A stretch of 64,000 nt of DNA, from NCBI GenBank assembly GCA_963727775.1, contig CAVSHB010000001.1, forward strand, positions 320,001 through 384,000, read 5' to 3'. Position 1 is the stretch's first letter; each line of letters starts with the position of its first letter. Under the pieces are notes generated by a model, which did not search any database, was not told where the DNA came from, and saw nothing but the letters and a program-made list of their open reading frames with translations. The position numbers and the translations under genes were made by a program. Origin of the DNA: an uncultured Nitrospiraceae bacterium (GTDB taxonomy: Bacteria > Nitrospirota > Thermodesulfovibrionia > Thermodesulfovibrionales > SM23-35). Below, piece by piece: positions 37,522 through 47,332 of this stretch.

Positions 37522-38707
37522 ATGTTTCCTCCATGCTCGCCGCCGGTTTTAAAGGCAATGAGACTTCAAACGTTGTACCTTTACCGAATATGCTCGATAC
37601 ACTGATGCTGCCCCCCAGGATGTCCGTAAGGTTTTTGCAGATTGAAAGGCCGAGCCCCGTCCCTTCGTGTCTTTTGGTCATCGTATCTTCCAGCTGGCTG
37701 AAAGCAGTGAAGAGTTTTTCGAGGTCCTCTTCTCTTATCCCGGGGCCGGTATCACTGACGGATATCCTCAATTTGTCTGCGCCGTTAAAGAGGTACAAAA
37801 TAATCACACCGTTGTCGGTAAATTTCGCGGCATTACTCGTAAGATTGATCAATATCTGGCGGACCTTAATCGGATCGGACAGGAAAAACAGAGGGCCGTC
37901 ATGAGCAACTACTTGAACACTGACAGGCTTGTTACCCAAAAGAACACGGGTATTTTCAGCAACTTCACGGAGCAGCGCTCCCATATCGAAATATTCATTA
38001 AGAACTTCCATCTTGCCCGCCTCGATTTTCGATAGGTCGAGGATGTTTGTCACGATGGTCCTGAGATTGGTTGCACTTGACATCATAAGTGCAAGGCGGT
38101 CTTTCATCTGCCCTATGGCCCCTTTCTCATGAGACACTTTCAAGAGTTCGGTCAGCATAATAATCGCATTTACCGGAGACCGGAGTTCATGGGTAACGTG
38201 AGCGATAAACTGGGATTTCATCTCGCTCATCTTTTCGAGTTCCTTTGCCTTTGCGTGGACCAGTTCTTTTTGCATAATGCTGTTGGCCAGCACGTTGCTC
38301 TGTTGGACTACCATCTGCTTTACCGACAAAAGTCCTTTGTAGCGACCATCATCATCTACCACGATGATATCATCGTAAATGTCATGCGACGGTCTCTCCA
38401 GCGCCCTGTCCATGGCAATATCAAGTCTTTCCCGTTCGTTAAATACAAGCGGAGACGTGTCTGCGATTGCACTGATCGGCTTTTTCCCGTAGACTTCAAA
38501 TCCGTATCGTTTAAATACAGTCAAAAAGAGTTTCGGCCTCGTGATAAGTCCTTCGACATTCTTGTCTTTGACCAAAGCCAAGGCCTCGATATTTGAATCC
38601 TGGAAAAATCTGTCTGTAACATCTTTGACAGGCACATCCGGCGAAATATATTTGTTTGAAGTAATAAGCTTGCCGACTACCGATGATTCTGAATCAGATA
38701 CTGACAT
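37508..38707 (-). CDS. Soluble CBS-pair histidine kinase
   Basis: N-terminal CBS-like repeats, no TM, THELRSP H-box, NAAKFT, DTGPG, GTGLGL. Confidence 0.85.
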   Translation of the reverse strand: MSVSDSESSVVGKLITSNKYISPDVPVKDVTDRFFQDSNIEALALVKDKNVEGLITRPKLFLTVFKRYGFEVYGKKPISAIADTSPLVFNERERLDIAMDRALERPSHDIYDDIIVVDDDGRYKGLLSVKQMVVQQSNVLANSIMQKELVHAKAKELEKMSEMKSQFIAHVTHELRSPVNAIIMLTELLKVSHEKGAIGQMKDRLALMMSSATNLRTIVTNILDLSKIEAGKMEVLNEYFDMGALLREVAENTRVLLGNKPVSVQVVAHDGPLFFLSDPIKVRQILINLTSNAAKFTDNGVIILYLFNGADKLRISVSDTGPGIREEDLEKLFTAFSQLEDTMTKRHEGTGLGLSICKNLTDILGGSISVSSIFGKGTTFEVSLPLKPAASMEETYGEN

Positions 38708-38763
38708 GTATTATCCTCCTCGGCGACGAAATTATCTTAATTACCTCGGCAGTGTTGAACAAT

Positions 38764-38818
38764 ACTATAAAGTTTTTTTAATTACAGGATTATTAAGGTA
38801 AGATTAAATGTCTGTTAA
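38764..38818 (-). promoter_or_regulatory. Pho-box-like site 3 with -10 element
   Basis: Units at 38781/92/803/814; TATAGT 11 nt downstream. Confidence 0.8.
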
Positions 38819-40059
38819 AATGAAGACCTGCTTTTTATAAGATATGAATAATATGTTGCGGCATCGGTCGGCTTGCGTTCGAGTGTCTCAAAATCCACCT
38901 TATAAAGTCCGAAGCGGGCGTCGAGACCCTGAAGCCATTCATAATTGTCGATCAGCGACCAGTAGAAATAGCCTTTCACATCTATCCCGTTTCGTATGCA
39001 TTTTTCAACAACATCGATATGCGCTTTCATAAATTTTATCTTCTTCCTGTCATTGCGGGTTGCGATCCCGTTTTCGGTGATGATTAACGGGACATTGAGC
39101 TTTGACGCATATCTCAGCACTTTTTCAAGACCGCGGGGGTGTATTTCCCAACCCATATCAGTCAGTCCATATCCGTCGATGTCCCGGTGTCTCAGTTCGA
39201 TCCCCATTTTTTTGAAAGGGTTGAACCTTATATGGACCCTCGTGTAATAGTTGACGCCGAAGAAATCCAGCTTGCCCTTTATCGGAGCGGCAATTTCTAT
39301 GGCCTTACTGAATGGAAATTTTACACGCAAAGAGCCTGTGATAAACGCGTCAAGGAGCGAGTGATTGTAAAAGTATTTTGCGATCTTCGAAAGCAGTCTG
39401 TCGAGCGGGTTCCATCTATGCCATGGCGCCAGAGCAGCCATATTATGCGCCACGCTTACCAGTGCATCCGGTATGTTAGAATGGATAAAGTCATATGCTT
39501 TCCCGTGACATACGAGAATATTTTCCAAGGCCTTTATTGCAAATGCAGCATCTCTAATGCCCGGCGGCATGCATCCTTCAAGATATCCGCCTAATATAAG
39601 CACATACGGCTCATTAAAAGTTATCCAGTAACGGACTCCTTTTATTGTGGAGACGATCTTTTCAGTATATGCCAAAAACTTTTCGATAGATGCGTCTTCA
39701 TGCCAGGGATATTTTTTGATGAACCATAGCGGATGTGTGAAGTGATGCAGCGTAATCATGGGTTCTATATTATTTTCGGTCAGTATGTCCACTATTTCCT
39801 GATAATGCGCTATCGCTACGGTATCCCAAAGATTTTCCTTCGGTTGTATACGACTCCATTCAATCGAAAACCGGTACGCGTTTACTCCGAGATCTTTCAG
39901 GAGATTCAGGTCTTTTTTGTAGAGATAATAATGGTTTGTTACATCAGGGTTTGCATCCAGTATAGAGTCCCAGGACGTCCAGTCCGCATAGGGAGAGCCT
40001 TCGAGCTGGAAGGCGGACGTTGCAACACCCCAGAGGAAAGGATCTTTTCTTGTCGACAT
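38815..40059 (-). CDS. Glycoside hydrolase family 1 (beta-glucosidase-like)
   Basis: FLWGVATSAFQLEG, RFSIEWSRI, TFNEP, ITENG, WSLIDNYEW. Confidence 0.95.
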   Translation of the reverse strand: MSTRKDPFLWGVATSAFQLEGSPYADWTSWDSILDANPDVTNHYYLYKKDLNLLKDLGVNAYRFSIEWSRIQPKENLWDTVAIAHYQEIVDILTENNIEPMITLHHFTHPLWFIKKYPWHEDASIEKFLAYTEKIVSTIKGVRYWITFNEPYVLILGGYLEGCMPPGIRDAAFAIKALENILVCHGKAYDFIHSNIPDALVSVAHNMAALAPWHRWNPLDRLLSKIAKYFYNHSLLDAFITGSLRVKFPFSKAIEIAAPIKGKLDFFGVNYYTRVHIRFNPFKKMGIELRHRDIDGYGLTDMGWEIHPRGLEKVLRYASKLNVPLIITENGIATRNDRKKIKFMKAHIDVVEKCIRNGIDVKGYFYWSLIDNYEWLQGLDARFGLYKVDFETLERKPTDAATYYSYLIKSRSSF

Positions 40060-40084
40060 TAATTTGTTTAACCGTGCCTTTCTA

Positions 40085-40118
40085 ATAAAAAAAGCCCTCC
40101 CGGGAAGGGGGGGAGGGC
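40085..40118 (-). terminator. Intrinsic terminator after the porin
   Basis: GCCCTCCC...GGGAGGGC followed by a T-tract on the minus strand. Confidence 0.65.
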
Positions 40119-40148
40119 GAAGGGAAAGCAGTGCTTTTTATCTGGTAA

Positions 40149-41429
40149 TTAAAAAGCAACTTGCAAGGTGAGCTGGATTCTTTTGTCGTCCGACATGCCG
40201 GACTGCTTGTAATTCACGGTATCATAGTCAAGTAGCACCATATTCTTGTGCGGTTTATCTATGTAATATGCGACGCCGCTTATAAACCTTGCGTTCCAGT
40301 CATTTTTGATATTTGTGTTAGGGTCGAAATGGTCATATCTTCCGATCAAGCTGAATCTGTTAACGGGGTCTTTAAACATATCGTAGAGTTTCAATTCGGT
40401 AAAGAAAGAATAGCCTTTTTTCTCATTTGCATCGGCGCCGTCTTGGCGGCCTTTGCCCCAAAGATATTGACCTGTCAGGACAAAGTACTCATGCTCAAAA
40501 CTCGCGAATGCTAAATTTGTTTTCCAATCCGGCTCTGCGCTCGTATTACCTTTTCCGGTAATCCCGAAGTAGGTGAATTGAAGTCCCGGAATAATGTCGG
40601 GCAAAGGCCTCACAGTCACCCTTCCTTCGAAAACTTTGTTTTTGTTGTTCTCAGTCGCAGTATAGCCTCCGCCGTTGTACACGCCCGCCTCAATACTCCC
40701 ATAACGGCCGGGATGAGCGGAGTTTACATTCTTCTGATAGTCTTCGTCTACATATCCTCCCAAGAGGGTTTCAAAAGTCAGACCGTAGTCGGCTGAAACC
40801 AAGATGCCGTTTCTTTCGATGAACATGGTATCCTGCATGCGGTAGTAGTTTAGATTTTCTTCAAAGTCTTGCCACGGTACGGGCACTTCACCCCACTTTA
40901 GAGTAGGCTTGGTCAGAAATGCTATATCAGGGATATTAAATTGACCGTAAATGTACTTAAGCCTCAGAGTTAGAGAACCATTCATGTTGTTTGTTGAATC
41001 TTTCATGGTCGTCACATCCGAGGTTATCCGGGCCTGGAACCATGGCAAAAATTCCTTTTCCACGGTCAAATAACCGCGCTTTACAGCGAATGTGTTGAAT
41101 CTTGTATCTGCGTCGCCCGTGTGTCCTGTTTCTCCGTTCTGATAAGAAAGATACCAGAGACCTCCTATTTTGAACCCCTTGAGTGCCTTCGCAATCTTAC
41201 CGAGATCTTTCTTTTCCTCTGTTGATACTTCGGCAGCCTTCTGTTCGCCTGCCGGTTCCTTTTCCATCTCCTTCATGACCGACTTGGCCTCCTGTTCGGT
41301 CAGAATCCCTTTCTCAACAAGCTTCTTTAGGATCGGGTCCGTAATGTCCGCAGCCATCGCTGCCCCGGCCAATAGTAGCAGGCAGCATAGACTTAAAACT
41401 AAACATAAAACTGACACACCTCTCTTCAT
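40149..41429 (-). CDS. Outer-membrane porin, possibly phosphate-selective (OprO/OprP-like)
   Basis: Signal peptide, LVEKGILT N-terminal segment, beta-strand pattern, terminal LQVAF; adjacent to phoR. Confidence 0.7.
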   Translation of the reverse strand: MKRGVSVLCLVLSLCCLLLLAGAAMAADITDPILKKLVEKGILTEQEAKSVMKEMEKEPAGEQKAAEVSTEEKKDLGKIAKALKGFKIGGLWYLSYQNGETGHTGDADTRFNTFAVKRGYLTVEKEFLPWFQARITSDVTTMKDSTNNMNGSLTLRLKYIYGQFNIPDIAFLTKPTLKWGEVPVPWQDFEENLNYYRMQDTMFIERNGILVSADYGLTFETLLGGYVDEDYQKNVNSAHPGRYGSIEAGVYNGGGYTATENNKNKVFEGRVTVRPLPDIIPGLQFTYFGITGKGNTSAEPDWKTNLAFASFEHEYFVLTGQYLWGKGRQDGADANEKKGYSFFTELKLYDMFKDPVNRFSLIGRYDHFDPNTNIKNDWNARFISGVAYYIDKPHKNMVLLDYDTVNYKQSGMSDDKRIQLTLQVAF

Positions 41430-41503
41430 TCTGCGTCCTCCTCTTAATAGATTTGATTGACATCTTCCACGAAGAATTACATTGCGTTATGCTATTGCAG
41501 ATT

Positions 41504-41557
41504 ACTTTACGGCGTGAATGTTACAGGAGTATTAAGGAAAGGTTAATTTTAGGTTAC
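41504..41557 (-). promoter_or_regulatory. Pho-box-like site 4 with -10 element
   Basis: Units at 41520/31/42/53; TAAAGT 10 nt downstream. Confidence 0.8.
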
Positions 41558-41609
41558 GCTGAAAAAAGCAGAATAATTATTAAGGTCTGTCATCAACTAC
41601 ATTCTTTAG

Positions 41610-43382
41610 TTAAACAACAGGGCATAGAATTTTGACTGTAGTTCCTGTTCCCTCGGTGCTTTCGATCTCCATTTCCCATCCCTGCGCCTTTACAAGATGT
41701 TTTACGATCGCAAGGCCGAGCCCTGTGCCTCCAAGCTCTCTTGAACGTGCTCTATCGACCCTGTAAAAGCGCTCCCCGAGACGTGAGAGATGTTTTCTGG
41801 GTATGCCCATGCCGGTATCTTCTATGGAGATCTCCACAGCGGGAGAGAGGGTCGATGAATCAATGTCTTTCTTTCCTTTTTGAACTTTTACCGTTACTCC
41901 TCCGGCTTCAGTAAATTTAATTCCGTTGTCTACAAGATTGAGGAGAATCTGAACGAGCCTGTCCCTGTCAGCCTCTAATTCTATAATGCCGGCAGGCAGC
42001 ATTTTCTTTAAAAAGAGCTTTTTTTTGTCGGCCTTATCTCTCAAGGTCGTGAAAACGCTGTCAATGATTTCATCGAGGTTCACGATTTTCTTTTCTATCT
42101 TTATATCTCCGAGTTCGATCCTTGAGAGAGCGAGGAGATCATTGACCAATGAATTCAGGCGTTCGCTGTTGTTCTTTATACTCTCAAGAAATTTAAGGGC
42201 ATTTTCCTTATCTTCTAAAGCCCCTTCAAGGAGGGTCTCTGCAAACCCTTTTATTGCTGTGATAGGCGTCCTGATCTCATGAGAAACATTGGCCACAAAA
42301 TCTTTCCTGACCTCTTCAAGTTTCCTGAGCCTTGTAATATCATGGAATGTCAGGACGATACCCGATATTTCACCTTGTAAAGCAAAGGGGGCCGCGGTGG
42401 TCAGCAGATAAAGCTCCCTGGGATAGGCGACCTCGATCTCACGGGATACCTTTTCCCCCCTTTCGGCAATGCTTTCGACTATGTCCATGAGTTCCGTTTT
42501 TCTTAAGGCCTCCAAGAGTGTTTTGCCCTCAATGCCTGAATAGTCAATCCCGAAGAGGTTGTTCAGAGCTGCGTTTCCCATAATTATCTTGCCTTTGGCA
42601 TCCGTCAGGACCAGCCCGTCCGACATATTCTTCAGTATCGCCTCCATCCGGGTTTTCTCTTCCTCGCTCTGCCGGAGCCTTAGGCCGAGATTCCGGGCCA
42701 TATCGTTTATGTTTTCCCCGAGTTCTCCCAGTTCATCTTTTCCTTTCAATAAAAGTCTTTTCCTGAAATTCCCGGCTGCCACCTCCCTGGAAAAGGCGGC
42801 AATCTCTTCAACGGATTTTGTTATCCTCCTCGTCTGTATCAAACCGAATACAACTACAACGAATGAGACCGCAAGTGACGCCACGATGATCTTCATCCTT
42901 ATGACATTCATTGCGCTATCAATATCATGGAGAGGAATGGAAAGTCTTAGAAAATATTTGTCCTGATTGTTATGGAATGTAATCGCAAGATAGAACAGGT
43001 TTCTCTGAATAGTTTTGCTGAAGCGAATGGAACTCCCGACATCGCCAATCTCGGCGTCTTTGATCTCCGGTCTGTTCAGGTGGTTCTCCATCTTCTCGGA
43101 AGGCTCGTCCGAGTCCCCCAGAACCAGGCCGGTATTGTCTATTATGGTGATCCTCGCCCCTGTTGTTTCTTTATACTTTTTGCAGAAACCATCGAGGTTT
43201 CCTTCGAAAGAAGACGGTATCTGCCCGGCTATTAAACGGGCCTGTATTAAAATACTTTTCCTAAGGTTCAGGATATAATTATTTTTAATGGAGCTCGATA
43301 GGTAGAATTCGAGTGAAATGAGAAGCAGCGCGGCTATGAGAAGATAGGCAATGAAGACCTTTCTGAACAGAACATGTTTCAT
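41610..43382 (-). CDS. phoR: Phosphate regulon sensor kinase
   Basis: ENHLNRPEI, HAMP, PAS, DFVANVSHEIRTP, ERFYRVDRARSRELGGTGLGL. Confidence 0.9.
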   Translation of the reverse strand: MKHVLFRKVFIAYLLIAALLLISLEFYLSSSIKNNYILNLRKSILIQARLIAGQIPSSFEGNLDGFCKKYKETTGARITIIDNTGLVLGDSDEPSEKMENHLNRPEIKDAEIGDVGSSIRFSKTIQRNLFYLAITFHNNQDKYFLRLSIPLHDIDSAMNVIRMKIIVASLAVSFVVVVFGLIQTRRITKSVEEIAAFSREVAAGNFRKRLLLKGKDELGELGENINDMARNLGLRLRQSEEEKTRMEAILKNMSDGLVLTDAKGKIIMGNAALNNLFGIDYSGIEGKTLLEALRKTELMDIVESIAERGEKVSREIEVAYPRELYLLTTAAPFALQGEISGIVLTFHDITRLRKLEEVRKDFVANVSHEIRTPITAIKGFAETLLEGALEDKENALKFLESIKNNSERLNSLVNDLLALSRIELGDIKIEKKIVNLDEIIDSVFTTLRDKADKKKLFLKKMLPAGIIELEADRDRLVQILLNLVDNGIKFTEAGGVTVKVQKGKKDIDSSTLSPAVEISIEDTGMGIPRKHLSRLGERFYRVDRARSRELGGTGLGLAIVKHLVKAQGWEMEIESTEGTGTTVKILCPVV

Positions 43383-43385
43383 TAT

Positions 43386-44084
43386 TTATTCATCGGTGAA
43401 TGAATAACCTATCCCCCGCATGGTCCTTATATATCTTGGATGCGCCGGGTCTTCCTCGATATTGGCCCGCAATCTCCTGATGTGCACATCCACTGTCCTC
43501 GGTTCAACATAGGCCTCATCCCTCCAGACAAAATCAAGAAGCTGGTTTCTGCTGAATACTTTCCCTCTTCTTTCAGCAAGGAAGAGCAACAGTTTAAACT
43601 CTGTCGCACTCAGCTTGATGTTCTTCCCTCCTATAGTAACGGTATACCGCTCCCTGTCTATTTCAAGCTCTCCTATTTTCAATATCTTTTCCGTTACAGG
43701 TTTTTCTCTTGTTCTTCTCAGAACGGCCTTGACCCTTGCAACAAGCTCTCTCGGGCTAAAAGGCTTGCCCATGTAATCGTCTGCTCCCATTTCGAGTCCG
43801 AGTACTTTGTCCACTTCTTCTCCCTTTGCGGTGAGCATAATAACAGGCAGTCCGGCAGTCTTAGGATCGTTCCTCAATATGCGGCAGAGATCAATCCCCT
43901 GGATCCCGGGCAGCATGAGGTCCAGCACAATTAGGTCGTATTTCCCTTTTCTTATCTTTGATAGGGCTGATTCTCCATCCGGGGATGAATCAACTGTGAA
44001 ACCTTCTTTTTTTAAATTATAGGAGACAAGCTCTACAAGATCGGCCTCATCGTCAACGATAAGGATATGTTTAGGTAAATCCAT
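43386..44084 (-). CDS. phoB: Phosphate regulon response regulator
   Basis: OmpR-type receiver plus wHTH with RTVDVHIRRLR. Confidence 0.9.
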   Translation of the reverse strand: MDLPKHILIVDDEADLVELVSYNLKKEGFTVDSSPDGESALSKIRKGKYDLIVLDLMLPGIQGIDLCRILRNDPKTAGLPVIMLTAKGEEVDKVLGLEMGADDYMGKPFSPRELVARVKAVLRRTREKPVTEKILKIGELEIDRERYTVTIGGKNIKLSATEFKLLLFLAERRGKVFSRNQLLDFVWRDEAYVEPRTVDVHIRRLRANIEEDPAHPRYIRTMRGIGYSFTDE

Positions 44085-44208
44085 GCTATATTTATAGCAT
44101 ATTGACATTTTGTGCGCAATCATTTCGGCAGGCTGTAATTATGGTATATACTTAAAGGGTCTTATTATGAGACTGTTAATATCAAAATGACGAAGGCAGC
44201 GGTGTATA

Positions 44209-45438
44209 GTGGAAGAGATTAAAAAACTTTCGGGGATCAAAGAGATTGCCGAGACAGCCGAACTTCTGTTGGCCTCCAGGGGAGAATATCAAAAGACAAT
44301 AAACATCATTGTCGAAAGCGCCATAAGAATATCCGGCGCGGACAGAAGCTGCCTGATAATAGGGAACAAGAAAGATGAGCTTGTAATTAAAGCAGGTTGC
44401 CCGCAACATTGTCATGGGATTGATGAAAAAGTCACTCCTGAGACAGGAGAAAAGTTTTTAAGACAGGTGATGAGCGCTGAATCTGTCGTTTTGGTCACGA
44501 ACCCCTGCGAGGACCGCCGCGTTGCTTATATGAGAGACCTCGCGACAGCCTGTAATGTTTCTTCAATATTGTTTTTGCCCCTGTCTTCTGAAGGCGAGCC
44601 GATAGGAGTTCTGGTTTTTGATTGGGTCGGCGGGAAAAAGATATCCAAAGATATTATTGAGAACATAAAACTTTTAGGCCGCCTGGCCTCAACCGCAATA
44701 GGCATGGAATATAAAGGCCGTAAGGAGCAGGAGAGAATATTGCAAGATGAAAAATTGCGCGTACTCGGCGAACACTCCTCACAGGTCGCGCATATAATTC
44801 GAAACAGTCTGCTGATAATAGGGGGATATTCAGGAAGATTGCTGAAATATTTATCAAAAGAGTCGAAATATGGAAAATCCAAATTCGACGGCGAGTTCAT
44901 CGAGACATTGACGGACAGTGCCGAAATAATCGACAATGAATCAAAGAAACTTGAAAGGATAATTAACGATATTTTAACTTTTACGAGTTTTAAAGAGCCT
45001 GTCCTGGGGTCCTATGATATTAACAGGTTCATCGAGGAAGAGTTGGCGCGGACAGTTATGGACGGGCCTAAACCGGTGATGAAACTGAGTAAGCGTTTGG
45101 ACGGGATGCATACTGCTTTTGATAAGAATATGCTCTCGATATGCATCGCTGACCTTATTCGTTATGTTGCAGGGGTCTCGGCTTCAAAAATTCTGGTAAA
45201 AACCAAACTGAAACCAAAACAGAAAGAGATAGTGATCTCTGTCATTCACAACGGAAAACAAATTCACCCTTATATGAGAAAAGATATATTTTCTCCGTTT
45301 GTTACATCGGAGATAAACGGTACCGGGCTGGGTTTGGCGAATGTCCAGTCTATTATCAGGAGCCATGGCGGGGACATTTCTGTTTTAAGCGGAGAGCTGA
45401 CGGAGTTCAGGATTACCCTTCCTCTAATAAAAATTTGA
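44209..45438 (+). CDS. GAF-domain histidine kinase with degenerate ATPase boxes
   Basis: GAF region, VAHIIRN H-box, GTGLGL; N and G1 boxes non-canonical. Confidence 0.75.
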   Translation: MEEIKKLSGIKEIAETAELLLASRGEYQKTINIIVESAIRISGADRSCLIIGNKKDELVIKAGCPQHCHGIDEKVTPETGEKFLRQVMSAESVVLVTNPCEDRRVAYMRDLATACNVSSILFLPLSSEGEPIGVLVFDWVGGKKISKDIIENIKLLGRLASTAIGMEYKGRKEQERILQDEKLRVLGEHSSQVAHIIRNSLLIIGGYSGRLLKYLSKESKYGKSKFDGEFIETLTDSAEIIDNESKKLERIINDILTFTSFKEPVLGSYDINRFIEEELARTVMDGPKPVMKLSKRLDGMHTAFDKNMLSICIADLIRYVAGVSASKILVKTKLKPKQKEIVISVIHNGKQIHPYMRKDIFSPFVTSEINGTGLGLANVQSIIRSHGGDISVLSGELTEFRITLPLIKI

Positions 45439-45672
45439 CGTCGAAATTTATGGGTGCCGGGAGATACAGTATTTGCGCTCATTCTCGGGCTTTGCCCTCC
45501 GATTGAGCCGCCATAAAAATTCACTTGTTGACTTTTATTAACAGAATGTGTCATCATTAACATTGAAGTTTCAGAAGTTTTTGTAAAGATGAGGCCACAA
45601 AGACTTTTAGCTTTGTGGCCTTTTTATTGTGGCTATTCTGAGATTTTAGTTTATAAGTAAGGAGGGGAAAAG

Positions 45673-45873
45673 ATGTCAAAAGGAACGGTAAAGTGGTTTA
45701 ACGAATCCAAGGGTTTTGGCTTTATCACAAGAGAAGACGGCAGCGACGTGTTTGTCCACTATTCTTCGATCCAGGGCAACGGATTTAAATCCCTTGTCGA
45801 AGGTGATTCCGTCAGCTTTGATACTGAAAACGGCCCAAAAGGTCTTAAAGCTATCAACGTAACAAAAGAATAA
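45673..45873 (+). CDS. cspA: Cold-shock protein
   Basis: GTVKWFN.SKGFGFI, DVFVHYS. Confidence 0.95.
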   Translation: MSKGTVKWFNESKGFGFITREDGSDVFVHYSSIQGNGFKSLVEGDSVSFDTENGPKGLKAINVTKE

Positions 45874-45882
45874 TCGACCGCT

Positions 45883-45916
45883 AAAAGTCCCCCTAATAAT
45901 TAGGGGGACTTTTTTA
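45883..45916 (+). terminator. Intrinsic terminator after cspA
   Basis: AAAAGTCCCCCTAAT...ATTAGGGGGACTTTTTT. Confidence 0.8.
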
Positions 45917-45953
45917 TTGTGCGCCCGGCAGGACGCAGACCCTTGGAGGTGAA

Positions 45954-46331
45954 ATGGTACACAGACAGAATTATGTGGAAAACATGGAGCAGAACAAACA
46001 GCGCAAACTCGCAGCCGGTTTAATCTCTGAATGTTTCCCAAAAGTCTCGGACATAGTCATTCATATGACATACTACCAGAAAGCTGCAAATCCGGTCATG
46101 ATGAACCGGATCATTAATTTCTGGCCTTCACAATACGCTTACTTTAATATGGATTGCATGATAAAAGGCTGCGTTGACGGCGGGTTTGATCTTACTTCAG
46201 TGATTGCTAAAATGATCAAAAACCGCAAAAAGTCTGAAAAGGGAAAACTTACCTGTAACGGCAAAAGCGATACCCTGTCTTCAGACCATGCAAGCGTTAC
46301 ATATCAGATTAACGTAAAGTACAGCGGCTGA
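45954..46331 (+). CDS. Hypothetical protein with Cys motifs
   Basis: GGAGGTG RBS, 125 aa, CxxxxC..GGFDL motif. Confidence 0.65.
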   Translation: MVHRQNYVENMEQNKQRKLAAGLISECFPKVSDIVIHMTYYQKAANPVMMNRIINFWPSQYAYFNMDCMIKGCVDGGFDLTSVIAKMIKNRKKSEKGKLTCNGKSDTLSSDHASVTYQINVKYSG

Positions 46332-46385
46332 ATAAATAGCACTTCCCGCAATAAAACCCTGCTGATTCTTCAGAAATAAGCTGCT

Positions 46386-47174
46386 TTACACGGCGACGCA
46401 GGTTAATATCCTGTAATGCAGATAAGCGCAGAAACCATCCCTCGTGAGCATGAAAATGTCTTCCTTTTCTCCGAAGCATTTCACCAGTTCATCGCGCATT
46501 TCTGAAAGGCGGCGTTTACCGAGCCCGTAACGCTTTCCCAAATCCTGTGATGTCAGCGGCAACGCAGGCGCAGGGACGATTGATTTTATACTCCATCCCG
46601 CTTTCTTCAGACATCTGCAAAGGTATTCAGCGGTAGGATACCATTTATCTGTCCCCATATAATCATAGAGCCTGTTCAGACTACGGGCATCTCCGTCGTT
46701 TTTGAAGCAGGCCGTTTGATGTACAAAAAACTCACCCCTTTTCATTTGAAAACGCAGATGCCGCAAGGCAGGCATAAGGCCATCCTTCCCGTGATAATGG
46801 AGAGCGGAGCGCATCATAAAAAGAAAACGCCTGTCCTGCATTCCGGTATCTTCGCGTCTGAATGCATCGACCGCTTTATTGATCGGCACGATGCGGTCAT
46901 GCTGCGATATGTCGAGTTGTTTTTGCGACATGTCGAGATTCACGAGATGTATCCCGGAGTCTATTCTCCGCTTAATCAGCTCGCGGAGCAGGAAGCCGGT
47001 ACCCCCACCGATATCTACGACGACCCCGGGTCTTGATATATCGATAACTTTCAGCAGCACATCAATAAAAGGGGCTGCGACCGACGGGTCGGAAAAGTAC
47101 CCGCCGTGCATTATATGCCACCGAGAACCATGTATCCCAAATTCCTTACTGATCCGGTCATGTATTTTGGTCAT
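46386..47174 (-). CDS. Class I SAM-dependent methyltransferase
   Basis: VVDIGGGTG motif I, LVNLD, ALHY. Confidence 0.75.
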   Translation of the reverse strand: MTKIHDRISKEFGIHGSRWHIMHGGYFSDPSVAAPFIDVLLKVIDISRPGVVVDIGGGTGFLLRELIKRRIDSGIHLVNLDMSQKQLDISQHDRIVPINKAVDAFRREDTGMQDRRFLFMMRSALHYHGKDGLMPALRHLRFQMKRGEFFVHQTACFKNDGDARSLNRLYDYMGTDKWYPTAEYLCRCLKKAGWSIKSIVPAPALPLTSQDLGKRYGLGKRRLSEMRDELVKCFGEKEDIFMLTRDGFCAYLHYRILTCVAV

Positions 47175-47332
47175 ATGAAATATCGAAGCCTCATTCCTAT
47201 ATTAACCCGAAAAATGCGTTTGCTATAGGCATACCTATAGAGTCAAGCCTATCAAGGCATTGGCTGATTTGTCGATATAAAAGCTAATACTGATGCTGTT
47301 TCTTGTTCCACCTCCTGAAAATTATGTTCTTT

